This document shows positions 7,785-18,395 of a stretch of 27,820 nt of DNA, in pieces; the stretch's first letter is position 1; each line of letters starts with the position of its first letter. The position numbers and the translations under genes were made by a program. Source of the stretch: a virus. Taxonomy: Duplodnaviria; Caudoviricetes. The notes under the pieces were generated by a model that saw only the letters and a program-made list of their open reading frames with translations, did no database searches and was not told where the DNA came from. The stretch is taken from IMG/VR virus record IMGVR_UViG_3300032265_000727, positions 1-27,820 of that record. The stretch is one strand, 5' to 3'.

Positions 7785-10700
7785 TTATTCAACATCTAAT
7801 ATTGGTTCATTTACAGGTCTTCCAGCTGGATTAACTTTTAATGTATTAGGATTAGATATAAATGTTTCAATAGGTGATGTTCCATCTAATGTTGTTGCCG
7901 CAGTATTTTTACTTCCTAAATAATACGAATTTTTTAAACCAGTTGTTAAATCCGAAGTATTTTTATAATGAGTTGGTAAATACCCGGCCAATGGTTTAAC
8001 TTCAACAATACTACCCGTTCCCGCATTTATTACTTTTGAACCGGAAAATGGTTGTATATTTAATTTAGTTTCATAATATATAGATGATGTTACATAATAT
8101 CCACCTCTAGGGTCACCTTGTCCATTTATTTTTACTAATGGTGCAACAATATTTCTTGTTTTTTGAGTTTTAATTAAATCTACCTTTATTCTTTCTTTTT
8201 TAGTTGTACCATCGGTATCAATATATGTTCTAATTGCATATCCATTATCACCATATAAACCAAATCCAATTTCTTCATATGGAGATTGTCCTGCAACAGT
8301 TGTCATACTATAAACATCTATTTCTGATTGTAGTGTTGCAGCAAATTGTGCATTTATATCGACATCATATTGATAATTTTCCGATGTTAATATAGTAACT
8401 GTATTTTCATTAATTAAAGCGTTTTGTTGATAATTTTCCGCAATGGTTTTTTCAACAGATGCCGTATAGACGGTTGCTTGATATTGATAATTTTCCGCTA
8501 ATAAATTTTCACTTAAATTTGCATTTACAATAGTTTCGTATTGTTCATTTTCTGATGTTACTATTGTAGTATCGTTATAATGTATTTCAGTATCTAATTG
8601 ATAATCATCTCCTGTTGGTTTTTTATGTGCAATTTTACTTCTTTCTAAGAAATGTGGTTCAATCAATAAACCGGTAGTTGCTTTAACTCTTGCCGGCAAC
8701 ATTTTCTTAATATCTTCAAACATTGATTTCTCATATAGTTTGATTAAATTAATGTATTCATAAATATTTCTACCATCAATTCTTTGGAAATAATAATGTC
8801 TTAAACTATCTAATTCCGAATAAGTTGGTTTATAATCATCCGATGGGTCACCAATATAATTGTCTATATTAAGTCCGCCAAATGATTTAGCAATATCAAT
8901 ATTTAACTCCTTTGTTGGAGAGAAAAATAAACCAACTCTATTTGAATCTGCCGGCGATTGGTCAAATGCTTTTTTAGTTGAACGATGTTTAACAGATAAA
9001 TCCGAAATTAGTGTTTGTGATTCAAATCTAACTTTTGATGTTTGAAATCTATTTGCACCACCATCCGGATAAGCCATAACAATAGTTCTATCTATTGGTT
9101 CAAATTGGTATGGATAAGATGTTGAAGATACAAATCCATTTGCAGATGCATATAATAATGGTGTTGTATTTTCCGATAAACTATATAATGAAACCCCTTC
9201 AATAGAACTTGTTGTTTCTAAATGATTTCTTGTAAGTTGTAAAGATTGTGATGATATTGGTAAATATATTGATGGATAATATACATTTGTATCAACATTT
9301 ATCATTGAAGCAGATGGATATAAATTTTTAGGATATTCAAAATCTAAACGGAAATATAAATCATCAACCGATGCCGATATACTATTTCCATTAACCATTT
9401 CTGGAAAAGAAACATGTTCATAAAATACATCCGTATTTAATTGTTCACTCCATAATCTAAATTCATCTACACTACCAATATAATTTCCACCAATTTGTAA
9501 AGAGCCGGTTGTATTCCAATTTGAAACAGAGCCAGTTATGATTTGTGAATATTCAAATATTGTTCTTTCTTTTTCCGATTGTCTTAAATCTAATTTTAAT
9601 CCATTGGAGCCTGAACTTACAGATATACCAAAAAATCTACCATTAAATATTGGTAATAATGGTGATGTTATATTTGTAGAACCACTATAATTAAAAATTA
9701 CTTTACCATATTCGTTATTGGTAGAACCAATCAATTGTACATTCCATCCACTTCCTGATAATATAGTTGAACCCGAAATATAAGTTGGTTTAATAAATAA
9801 TTCTACAGTATTTGGAACTAACATTTTATTTGTATGTTTCCAATCCATATTAATTTTGGAACCTGATGTAAACTTAAGTGCAGTTGTTATATTATCAATT
9901 ACCAATTTACCTTTTTGTTCATCGGTTACTTCAGGTCCACCAAATTCTAATATTGAAAGGTTTGATGATGGAATACCATAACAAGCTAATAAAGCATATA
10001 TACCTTGTCTTGTACCTTTATGTTTAAGTAAGTGTGGTAAATTATTTGCAATTCTTCTCCAAACTTCAAAATTTCTTTTCTTTGCAGGATTATCGTTTAC
10101 ACTATTTCCTTCACTATCTACACCAAATACCAAATTCCATAAATGATTATCAGATGCTAAGTTTTTAGCATCCCAATTATATGACTTAAGAATATCAAAT
10201 AATAATTTATCAGATATATTTCCCGTTTGTTTGTATCCAAATCCTCTACTTTTTTCAATAGCTTTTGTATGAAAATAAATATTATCAAAATGATGACCAA
10301 TCATTGAAAAAAATAATAACAAACTTGCATTATCATTATTATTTACAATATATTGTGGAATATTATTATTTATCCAATTTTTACTTTGACCATCGTAATC
10401 CGCAGCTAATATAGCAAGATTATTATACCAATTAATAACATAATTATCATTTGAAGATAATCTATTATTACCATTATATGGCCATGTAATAGATGTATTA
10501 TCATTTGTTGTATATGAAGAAGATACATATAAAAATGTTTCAAATCCATCAAACGATTGAATAATTTGATTTTTCTTTATCATCTGTCTTTCTACTTCTT
10601 GTTGAGAAGATACAGAATTTATAAAACCTATATTATTTACATCAGTAGATGCAGATACTATCAATCCTTCATATAATTCTATAAGTCTAACTTTGTATAC

Positions 10701-12809
10701 AAAATTATCTACTCTTTCTTTTGCAGAACTAAAGTGTACAAAATTACTCCAATTATAATCAGTAGAACCAATTGTATAATATTCAATATTTAAATTATCC
10801 ACATCTGTAAAAGAACCACTTAAATATTTTTGCACCAATTCACCAGATGAAGTAGACCCACTAAAAATTAAATCATCCAATGATTCATATCCAGTTGATT
10901 TTCCTGTTACAAAATCTACTTCTATACTAAAATTTGGCCCCTTTAGTGGAGGACATTTTAAATTATCTTGTTGATTTAATACAATTGTTTCAATTAATGG
11001 ATTTGTAAGTAATTTAGTAATCCATAAAGTTGAATTTGTTGTAATATTTGGAGAAAGTGGTTTGTATAATTTTAATATTAAACTTTCAACAACGTCTTCG
11101 GGTTTTACAATTTCATTTCCCAATTCATCTGTTGATTTTTTAGATAAAGTCCAATTATCAACATCCCAACTTGAAATTAAAAATTCACTATCATTACCAA
11201 AATTTGTTAAATGTGTTAAATATTTACTTTCTTTTTCTAAATCATAAATGTTAATTTGATTAGCAAATGCATCATATATTGATTTATTAATAATATTTTC
11301 ATCTAATACGATTGTTGGATATGTAACTTTTGTGGTGTATGTGTATGTATTACTTTCTAAACTAACATCACCACCATTATTAATCGCAGTAAATATAAAT
11401 GTTATATCACCAGACCAATTTTCAAATGTATTTTTTAAATTTTTAAGATTAACTTTAAAAGAACCATTGGGTGTTAATTTATCTAAATAAATAACTTTTG
11501 TATTGTCAGATTGTAATAATTCAACTTTAACCGATGTTGCTGACAATGTATTATAAACTACATTATATTCAATATTATAATCGGAAAAAGATGGAATATC
11601 AATAATAGTTGGATATGAAACATCTGTAATACTTGGAGTATCATTAATTCTTTTAAATAAAACAAATACTTCTATTGATGTTCCAACAATAGTATCGGAA
11701 AGTGGAGTTAAAATTAATTTTTGTAAATCATTAATACCTATTCCGGCAAAATCTTTTTTAAACGAAATATCAAATGAATTTTTACTACTATCAATATTTT
11801 TTACATTACCATTGGGAAAAGTTACATTAATGCTTGTAAAATCCATTCCTTTAAATGGAATATTTACAATTTTATCACTATCCGAATCTTTTATTTCCAC
11901 ATTATATTGTGTATTAGTTGTGGAAACTATTGGTTGTGGTATTTTTTTATCAAAATTTAAAATTGCATTTATATTACCACTTTTTATAATAGAAGATGAT
12001 ATTTTTATATTTCTATCAATATATTCATCATTTCCTATCTTTATACTTTTAAAAATAAAATATTTAGGTAAGTCGCCCGATAGAGTTAAAAAAATATCAG
12101 AAGAATTTATAATATCTTCACTTAATGATAATTTATTTGTATTTTTATTTTTTAAAGGTATTTTACCAGTAATTATATCTCCACCGCCTGTATTTGTTAT
12201 TTTATAATCAAATGAAAATACATCACCTAAATCGGATAGATAATTTGAATCAACACTTATTGTAAAATCATAAGTTTTACTTGGAATTATAACCTTTGGG
12301 TCATCTTTTACTGCAGGTCTTTGAAATAAAAAATTTAATTCCATTGTACCAGTAACTCCACCTAAATTTTTATATTGATAAAATTCATATTCGGTTTCAC
12401 TACCTGGTTTTAATCTATATTCGGAAGCTCGTATTGATTCGTAATAAGTTTGTTGATTAGTTTGTTGATTGTATCCTCTTTGCTCTCTATTTAAAAATAC
12501 TACAAAATAATTTTTTGCTATTTGATTATCTATCTTTGCAGTATACGTTCCCTCACTGCCAAAACTTGTCAATGGTGAATATGTAATAAGTTTAGAATTT
12601 CCAATACCAACTAAATTATTACCATCAAAAAATTGTGCAGCTTCACCACATGTTAAATAAAGATTAAACATACCATCCATATTTGCAGTAGATGGTGGAA
12701 CAGTTGTACCTGCTCCTCCACTATTTAAATTACCACCATTGGATGGTAATCCCAATTCATTATCAATGTTTATGTTATTATATGTTGCTCCTAAATCTAC
12801 GTTTTGCAC
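7785..12809 (-). CDS. Large baseplate wedge protein (P2 gpI/T4 gp7-like core) with an inserted LamG/concanavalin A-like domain
   Basis: LLKHKGTRQGIYALLACYG (gpI-like KGT motif) and IKKMLPARVKAT; LamG-like LQIGGNYIGSVDEFRLWSEQL between them; GTG start preceded by the late motif. Confidence 0.65.
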   Translation of the reverse strand: MQNVDLGATYNNINIDNELGLPSNGGNLNSGGAGTTVPPSTANMDGMFNLYLTCGEAAQFFDGNNLVGIGNSKLITYSPLTSFGSEGTYTAKIDNQIAKNYFVVFLNREQRGYNQQTNQQTYYESIRASEYRLKPGSETEYEFYQYKNLGGVTGTMELNFLFQRPAVKDDPKVIIPSKTYDFTISVDSNYLSDLGDVFSFDYKITNTGGGDIITGKIPLKNKNTNKLSLSEDIINSSDIFLTLSGDLPKYFIFKSIKIGNDEYIDRNIKISSSIIKSGNINAILNFDKKIPQPIVSTTNTQYNVEIKDSDSDKIVNIPFKGMDFTSINVTFPNGNVKNIDSSKNSFDISFKKDFAGIGINDLQKLILTPLSDTIVGTSIEVFVLFKRINDTPSITDVSYPTIIDIPSFSDYNIEYNVVYNTLSATSVKVELLQSDNTKVIYLDKLTPNGSFKVNLKNLKNTFENWSGDITFIFTAINNGGDVSLESNTYTYTTKVTYPTIVLDENIINKSIYDAFANQINIYDLEKESKYLTHLTNFGNDSEFLISSWDVDNWTLSKKSTDELGNEIVKPEDVVESLILKLYKPLSPNITTNSTLWITKLLTNPLIETIVLNQQDNLKCPPLKGPNFSIEVDFVTGKSTGYESLDDLIFSGSTSSGELVQKYLSGSFTDVDNLNIEYYTIGSTDYNWSNFVHFSSAKERVDNFVYKVRLIELYEGLIVSASTDVNNIGFINSVSSQQEVERQMIKKNQIIQSFDGFETFLYVSSSYTTNDNTSITWPYNGNNRLSSNDNYVINWYNNLAILAADYDGQSKNWINNNIPQYIVNNNDNASLLLFFSMIGHHFDNIYFHTKAIEKSRGFGYKQTGNISDKLLFDILKSYNWDAKNLASDNHLWNLVFGVDSEGNSVNDNPAKKRNFEVWRRIANNLPHLLKHKGTRQGIYALLACYGIPSSNLSILEFGGPEVTDEQKGKLVIDNITTALKFTSGSKINMDWKHTNKMLVPNTVELFIKPTYISGSTILSGSGWNVQLIGSTNNEYGKVIFNYSGSTNITSPLLPIFNGRFFGISVSSGSNGLKLDLRQSEKERTIFEYSQIITGSVSNWNTTGSLQIGGNYIGSVDEFRLWSEQLNTDVFYEHVSFPEMVNGNSISASVDDLYFRLDFEYPKNLYPSASMINVDTNVYYPSIYLPISSQSLQLTRNHLETTSSIEGVSLYSLSENTTPLLYASANGFVSSTSYPYQFEPIDRTIVMAYPDGGANRFQTSKVRFESQTLISDLSVKHRSTKKAFDQSPADSNRVGLFFSPTKELNIDIAKSFGGLNIDNYIGDPSDDYKPTYSELDSLRHYYFQRIDGRNIYEYINLIKLYEKSMFEDIKKMLPARVKATTGLLIEPHFLERSKIAHKKPTGDDYQLDTEIHYNDTTIVTSENEQYETIVNANLSENLLAENYQYQATVYTASVEKTIAENYQQNALINENTVTILTSENYQYDVDINAQFAATLQSEIDVYSMTTVAGQSPYEEIGFGLYGDNGYAIRTYIDTDGTTKKERIKVDLIKTQKTRNIVAPLVKINGQGDPRGGYYVTSSIYYETKLNIQPFSGSKVINAGTGSIVEVKPLAGYLPTHYKNTSDLTTGLKNSYYLGSKNTAATTLDGTSPIETFISNPNTLKVNPAGRPVNEPILDVE
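8325..8609 (-). repeat. Five 19-aa (57-bp) tandem repeats in the 1674-aa protein
   Basis: DDYQ/ENEQ/ENYQ/ENYQ/ENYQ units; plus-strand ttgataattttc-like 12-mers at 8370, 8427, 8484, 8541, 8598 (exact 57-bp period). Confidence 0.85.
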
Positions 12810-12823
12810 GGTGTATTATTTTA

Positions 12824-12832
12824 TATAAATAT
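12824..12832 (-). promoter_or_regulatory. Putative phage late promoter ATATTTATA
   Basis: Exact 9-mer 14 nt upstream of GTG 12809, in a 24-nt gap. Confidence 0.65.
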
Positions 12833-12833
12833 T

Positions 12834-13727
12834 TTATCTAACAATTATTTCTCTTCTTTTAAAATTCATTGAATTTGTTTTAACTACATCATTTAATATA
12901 TTAAAAATTTCAAACGTTAGATTAGAATAATCGTATTGTTCATAATCATAAAATCTAATATTACCGGGTTGTCCAAAATTAGAACTTTTTATATCATATT
13001 CTTTATTTGTTAAATAATAAGTTACTGCATTTCTAAAATTATCAAATATTCTTTTTTTATAACCATCAAAATCACTAACACCAAAATCATTTTTTAAAAC
13101 ATTTATATAATCATTTCCATATTGAGAAATAATATAATCATTAATTTTTGATAAAAAAGTATTGTCAAATGAATTCAATATATCTAAAATATTATTTTTA
13201 TAATAAATAAAATCTTTTCTTAATGCTTTTAAATTTTCAAATTGTGTATTATTAAGTTTATTTATATTTTCATCTTTTGTTTTTAACGGAATAATTCTTA
13301 TTTCCTCTCTTGATGGTGAAATTTCGTGAATCCAAAGTCTAGTTAATTCATTATCCGTTCCAACTCTATTTCTAACAAAATTTAAATTTACTTTTAATAT
13401 ACCATTTGTAAATCCTAAATGATTTAAAAGTTTTTCAACATCAATAGCAACCTCATTATTTCCAGTTTTATTTGTAATATTATACATATAATTTTTAATA
13501 TCACCAGATTTAATATATGCAATATTATTTCCATTTTGTTGTGGTAACAAATTATTATTAATATCATAAACCGAAACTTCCATAACATCATATGGAGTAT
13601 TACCAAACATAGTTGGTTGTATTTCACTTTTTGAAACTATAAATAAATCTTTGGCATCTAAAAATTGACCCGTATTTTCGGTATTATTATTTATATTTTC
13701 AAAGTTTGTATATTTTGTTATGCTCAT
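12834..13727 (-). CDS. Hypothetical protein, probably virion-associated
   Basis: 297-aa ORF in the baseplate operon; no family recognised. Confidence 0.6.
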   Translation of the reverse strand: MSITKYTNFENINNNTENTGQFLDAKDLFIVSKSEIQPTMFGNTPYDVMEVSVYDINNNLLPQQNGNNIAYIKSGDIKNYMYNITNKTGNNEVAIDVEKLLNHLGFTNGILKVNLNFVRNRVGTDNELTRLWIHEISPSREEIRIIPLKTKDENINKLNNTQFENLKALRKDFIYYKNNILDILNSFDNTFLSKINDYIISQYGNDYINVLKNDFGVSDFDGYKKRIFDNFRNAVTYYLTNKEYDIKSSNFGQPGNIRFYDYEQYDYSNLTFEIFNILNDVVKTNSMNFKRREIIVR

Positions 13728-13737
13728 AATTTATATT

Positions 13738-14859
13738 TTACCATCCTGGGAAAGATTTCCAATGCATTAAATTTAGTTTAGTTTTATAATCTTTTGATTT
13801 TGTACTACCATCTTTTCGTACAACACTTATATTAATTGTTCCATAATGTGCCGAACTATTATCATTTTCTCCATAACTTACAGTATTTGGTGTAATTACA
13901 TTTTGAACATCTTTAGCCTCTCCAGGATTTAATGTAATTTGAGATGTTGGTATATTAAACCATCTACCTTTTGAATCAAAAGTTGCAGTAATATTAATTG
14001 TTATAGGAAACTTATCGGTATTTGTAAATCTCATAAATTCACCATATTTCCATAATTTCATACCACTACCTGATGTTGAAATTGCACCCAATAACCAACC
14101 ATCATTATCATTACCTTTATCTGTAAATTTAACTAATCCAACTTCATTAATAATATCACTACCATTTGCACCTGCAATACTTTGGGCAGAATTTGTAATT
14201 GCCTGTTGTTGTTGTAATGCACCCAATTGAGCTTGCAAACCTTCTATTATAGAATTTAATGAATCAATTTGTTTAATTAATGCTCTTATTTGCGCTTTAA
14301 ATCCCGTATTTTGTGCCTGTAAAGATGCCCTCAATATTGATTCATCTACTGATTTTTGTAATGATGTTGATATTTGATTTGTAAAATCCGTTATAGTTCC
14401 ATTGACAATATCCAATTGATTTGTAAGAGCATCGTTTGTTTGTTCAATCGTTAATCTATTATTTATTTCGGTTTGAACTTGAGCTTGTAAACCAATAATA
14501 GTTGTATTTAATCCATCTATAACTAATTGTAATCTTGTATTTTCTTTTCTTAAATTATTACTTGAAGTAACTTCCGTATCATATATAGGTTTTGGTACTA
14601 AATCTAAATTTGGAGTAGGTATATTAGGTGCCAATTCTTTAACAACCGTATCTACTGCTTTTATCAGTTCACCCTCATCATATTTATCCTTTGTCAATCC
14701 TTTAAATACCAATGAAGTAGCGGGATTATTATTATCTACAACCGTTACATTGTAATCATTTTTAGACATAACACTTGAACCAGACACACTTAGTATATCT
14801 TGCAGTAATTGTGTTTTAGATTGTTCTAATTTTTCTGCTATTGCTTCTAATCCGGTCAT
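13738..14859 (-). CDS. Coiled-coil protein with a C-terminal beta-sandwich (Ig-like) domain, probable fibre
   Basis: ~130-aa Q/L/I-rich heptad region, followed by FTNTDKFPITINI...ITLNPGEAKDVQ...YGTINISV Ig-like pattern. Confidence 0.55.
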   Translation of the reverse strand: MTGLEAIAEKLEQSKTQLLQDILSVSGSSVMSKNDYNVTVVDNNNPATSLVFKGLTKDKYDEGELIKAVDTVVKELAPNIPTPNLDLVPKPIYDTEVTSSNNLRKENTRLQLVIDGLNTTIIGLQAQVQTEINNRLTIEQTNDALTNQLDIVNGTITDFTNQISTSLQKSVDESILRASLQAQNTGFKAQIRALIKQIDSLNSIIEGLQAQLGALQQQQAITNSAQSIAGANGSDIINEVGLVKFTDKGNDNDGWLLGAISTSGSGMKLWKYGEFMRFTNTDKFPITINITATFDSKGRWFNIPTSQITLNPGEAKDVQNVITPNTVSYGENDNSSAHYGTINISVVRKDGSTKSKDYKTKLNLMHWKSFPGW

Positions 14860-14861
14860 TA

Positions 14862-15923
14862 TTAAATTATTTCAAAAGTGTATTTGTCATCAATTATAGT
14901 TGAAATACCATTTTCTATAATTTTTAATTTTATTTTATATATTCTATTTTTTGGAAGTGTGTTCAAATTTATAATAAAATAATTAGAAGTTGAATCACAA
15001 CTTATTTTTGTATAATCATTAAATGGTATAATTGCTTCTCCTGTAATATAATCTTCTAATTGATAATACGAATTAGTTGGTAAATATTTTGATTGGTCAT
15101 ATGCAAATGTTGTTCCAAATGATTTCATTGGATACATATCTCTACCTTTAACTTTAATTTTTATTTTTGAGTCCGTTGAATATTCTTTTTTAAGGTTTGT
15201 AATAACAACTTTATAACCATCTTCCGCAGAACCGGTTACCGATGTTAAACTTCCTGTTACAAATGAGTAATCATTATATACAATTTCTAATTTTGGTTGA
15301 TATATTGTATTTGTTTCTTTTGAAAAGAATTTAAGAAGTCCATAATCTAAGAAATTATTTTCATTATTTAATCCATGATGAACAATAAATCCATTATTAG
15401 GTAAAGAACCCGTTAGCCAAAGATTTACAATATTTGTCACATCCATTCTAATATCATCAGGTTCATAATTAAATGATTGAGATGCTTCCGACCCAGTATA
15501 CCAAGTACCACCCTCTGCATTTGCAGAACCGGTTGTTCCTGCTGTAAATACAGCTGTTCCTGCTACAACATTGTCTTGCCAACTATCAACACCATTTCTA
15601 TATTTCCAACTAATACCATCCGAAGAAATGTTATCAAATTTAGTTCCTGTTCCCATTGTCCAACTTTGAGAAACCGCATTTGCATAAACCGTATATTGAA
15701 GCGGTATTTCTTCTGCATTAGCTGATTTTAAATTTAAATAAGCTTTCCAATTACTACCTGTTTCAATATTAGAAACATCAAACTTTATAAAAGTTCTAGC
15801 TATGTCTTTAATATCTCCGTAATAAAGTTTACCTACTTCTAATATCTCATCTCTACCCGTATTTTGTTCAGGTTGTTGTAGATATACACTTGCGTCATAT
15901 GATGATGTGTAAAATATATGCAT
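14862..15923 (-). CDS. DNRLRE/CBM96-like domain virion protein
   Basis: DASVY..NTG..LEVG..RTFIKFDVSNI..AYLNL..DVTNIVNLW..NNGFIV..FFSKE..PKLEIVY pattern. Confidence 0.65.
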   Translation of the reverse strand: MHIFYTSSYDASVYLQQPEQNTGRDEILEVGKLYYGDIKDIARTFIKFDVSNIETGSNWKAYLNLKSANAEEIPLQYTVYANAVSQSWTMGTGTKFDNISSDGISWKYRNGVDSWQDNVVAGTAVFTAGTTGSANAEGGTWYTGSEASQSFNYEPDDIRMDVTNIVNLWLTGSLPNNGFIVHHGLNNENNFLDYGLLKFFSKETNTIYQPKLEIVYNDYSFVTGSLTSVTGSAEDGYKVVITNLKKEYSTDSKIKIKVKGRDMYPMKSFGTTFAYDQSKYLPTNSYYQLEDYITGEAIIPFNDYTKISCDSTSNYFIINLNTLPKNRIYKIKLKIIENGISTIIDDKYTFEII

Positions 15924-17944
15924 TATATTGCCCTCCCTTTAATGTCTTTGTTAGGATATTTAACTTCAAATATTGATGGGTCTAAAGAAGGATAGATAAT
16001 CTTACCTTTAGTTGCTGCATCTATATTGTATCTATTTGGTGAATAATTGCTAGCACCACCACATAAATTTGAAATTATAACCGATGGTACACTCATTACA
16101 CCTTCCACATTAGCTAATATTAATTCTATTTCTGAAATGTTTATTGGTTTGTTAAATGTAAAATTATCTATATTGAAATATGTTTGTATTTCCGTTAAAC
16201 AATTTGTAATTACTTCTCTTTTATTATAATTAGAATAAACTACTACTTCAAAATCAACACCAATATTAATTATAAAACCATCTAATAAATTTATACCATC
16301 CGTAATCATTCTATATTCTCCTAAATATGTTTTAAGATTTTCTTTAATTGCTTGATTTAAATTTGTTAAATTTTTATTTTGGTCAAATCCTAAAACATAC
16401 ATATTGATTGCAAATGGATTGTTTATTTCATTTGTTGCGGTTTTCTTTTGAGTTAAATATTTAATTAATTCTTTTTGAATATCTTGTTTTGAACTCCCCT
16501 TTAAACTATCTACTAAATTAGTAAATTCCGCAATATTATTAGGATTAGCTAAAATTGATGAAGGTGAATTATTATCTAATTGACCATCAGGGCTAACATA
16601 TACTTTAGCAATACTACCATATCTTTCAGGCATTGATAATGCTCTAACAATGTAGTCTTGTCTAGTTACTGCTCTATTTTGAGAACCAAATGTTCCCAAT
16701 GCGTTTTGTCTAATTTCTTCAACAGATTCTGACCCTCTTCCACCAGTTGCAGCTTCTAAATTTTCAACTGCAATTGATTCTTTGTATCTATTATAAGATG
16801 CCAATAATTCGGTTGGTATTGATAGTAAATCTTCTTCAAAATCAATTTTAGATATTATTGTTAAATCTTTTTGATTGATATTTGAAGCAACTCCACCACC
16901 AATTAAATATTTTATAGTCAATGTTTTACCATTAGGTGCAATTCCAAATGTATTTGTTTTTAAAAAATTAGAAGGGTCAATGGATTGATTTAATCTTTGA
17001 ATTGAATTAGCTAATCCCATACCAACATTTTTAGTATTTGGTAAAATAACTTCATCATTTAAATTATTATTTCCATTTCCAAATTGTAAATCAATTGTAT
17101 TATCTGAATTTACTTTTACAGAAAATCTTCTAGGTACTTTTTGTACTTCTAAAATATATGGTACATCATTTGAAAAATTAGAAATATTTCCGTTTGATGT
17201 TGTGTTTGGTTGCTCTACAAATATACTTTCTTGTGCTAAATATGGAACTTCATAATATTTGTTATTATCCTCATCTGTTACAGATGTTATTTGTATTATA
17301 TTTTTATCCGATAATGTTATCATTGGATAATCCGTTGTGTTTGAAACGGTAATTGTAGTAGAAACTTCTTTTGCAGATATTGCTTGTACTTTTTTAGTAA
17401 TTAAATATTGAGTAGGTTGTCCTGTCATTGTATCTCTACTAAAAACATCTATTTCTCTACTACCAGAGTTTGCAAAATCAATTGTATCAGTTGTTCTAAA
17501 TATTATATTAGAATTCGTAGTTGATGCTACTTCTAAACCATCTTTAATTTTTAAATAAAATCTACTATCTGGTTTATTTAATGAACCCGAATCCAATGAT
17601 GGTACTAATTGATAAACAGTTAATGTTGTTACCGCAGGTGTTGTCACTTTTGGTTTATATCCTGCTGCCTGTGCCAATGCAATTACGTTTTTTCTTTCTG
17701 TTGCATTACTTAACATCGATTCTTTAAGTTGACTATCTTGGTAAAATGATAATAAATCACCAATTGCTGCAGCTTGTTCGATAAACACCATACCAGGTGA
17801 TGCGTCGTTGAAATCGGAATATTGATTTGGAAAGTAAGTTTTAGTAAAGTCAATTAAGTTTTGCTTTAAAGCATCAAAATCTTTTCCTACATAATTAATA
17901 TTCTTACTATTACCCCAAGTTTTATTTATAGGTTTTATCGCCAT
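15923..17944 (-). CDS. Baseplate wedge protein (T4 gp6 / baseplate J-like)
   Basis: KDFDALKQNL, DFNDASPG, LAQAAGYKP, FGNG, YLIGGG, ATGGRGSESVEEIR, QNRAVTRQDY, LANVEGV. Confidence 0.9.
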   Translation of the reverse strand: MAIKPINKTWGNSKNINYVGKDFDALKQNLIDFTKTYFPNQYSDFNDASPGMVFIEQAAAIGDLLSFYQDSQLKESMLSNATERKNVIALAQAAGYKPKVTTPAVTTLTVYQLVPSLDSGSLNKPDSRFYLKIKDGLEVASTTNSNIIFRTTDTIDFANSGSREIDVFSRDTMTGQPTQYLITKKVQAISAKEVSTTITVSNTTDYPMITLSDKNIIQITSVTDEDNNKYYEVPYLAQESIFVEQPNTTSNGNISNFSNDVPYILEVQKVPRRFSVKVNSDNTIDLQFGNGNNNLNDEVILPNTKNVGMGLANSIQRLNQSIDPSNFLKTNTFGIAPNGKTLTIKYLIGGGVASNINQKDLTIISKIDFEEDLLSIPTELLASYNRYKESIAVENLEAATGGRGSESVEEIRQNALGTFGSQNRAVTRQDYIVRALSMPERYGSIAKVYVSPDGQLDNNSPSSILANPNNIAEFTNLVDSLKGSSKQDIQKELIKYLTQKKTATNEINNPFAINMYVLGFDQNKNLTNLNQAIKENLKTYLGEYRMITDGINLLDGFIINIGVDFEVVVYSNYNKREVITNCLTEIQTYFNIDNFTFNKPINISEIELILANVEGVMSVPSVIISNLCGGASNYSPNRYNIDAATKGKIIYPSLDPSIFEVKYPNKDIKGRAI

Positions 17945-17957
17945 TATTTTTTATTTA

Positions 17958-18395
17958 TCAATTTTTTATATCCAAAATTAAATTAGTAGAAAGTGATGTA
18001 TTCATAGCTAATGCAAATTTTATATCTAACATTATTCTATTCGCATCTATATCTGTTTCATCATAATCAAAAATTATTTGTTGAATTTCTAAATATGGTA
18101 AATAAGATTGAACTGCATCTAAAATACTATTTTCAATTTTTTGATTAATTGATGAGTCTACCATTGGTTCAAATAAAATATCCCATATATCACAACCAAA
18201 TTGTGGATTCATTACTCTTTCACCTTTTCTTGTAAGAATTAAATTTTTTAAATTATCTTTGGCTTGATTTAAAGTTGAGTAATTTACCGCAAAAATACCC
18301 GCAGAATCGGAAGTTTTATTTATTCCAATTCCTAATATTTTATAATCATTTTCCGTTAAATCGGATGGGTAAATTTTACCTAACTCTATTGCCAT
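17958..18395 (-). CDS. Baseplate wedge subunit, gp25/GPW family
   Basis: NLKNLILTRKGERVMNPQFGCDIWDILFEP signature; directly upstream of the gp6-like gene. Confidence 0.92.
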   Translation of the reverse strand: MAIELGKIYPSDLTENDYKILGIGINKTSDSAGIFAVNYSTLNQAKDNLKNLILTRKGERVMNPQFGCDIWDILFEPMVDSSINQKIENSILDAVQSYLPYLEIQQIIFDYDETDIDANRIMLDIKFALAMNTSLSTNLILDIKN

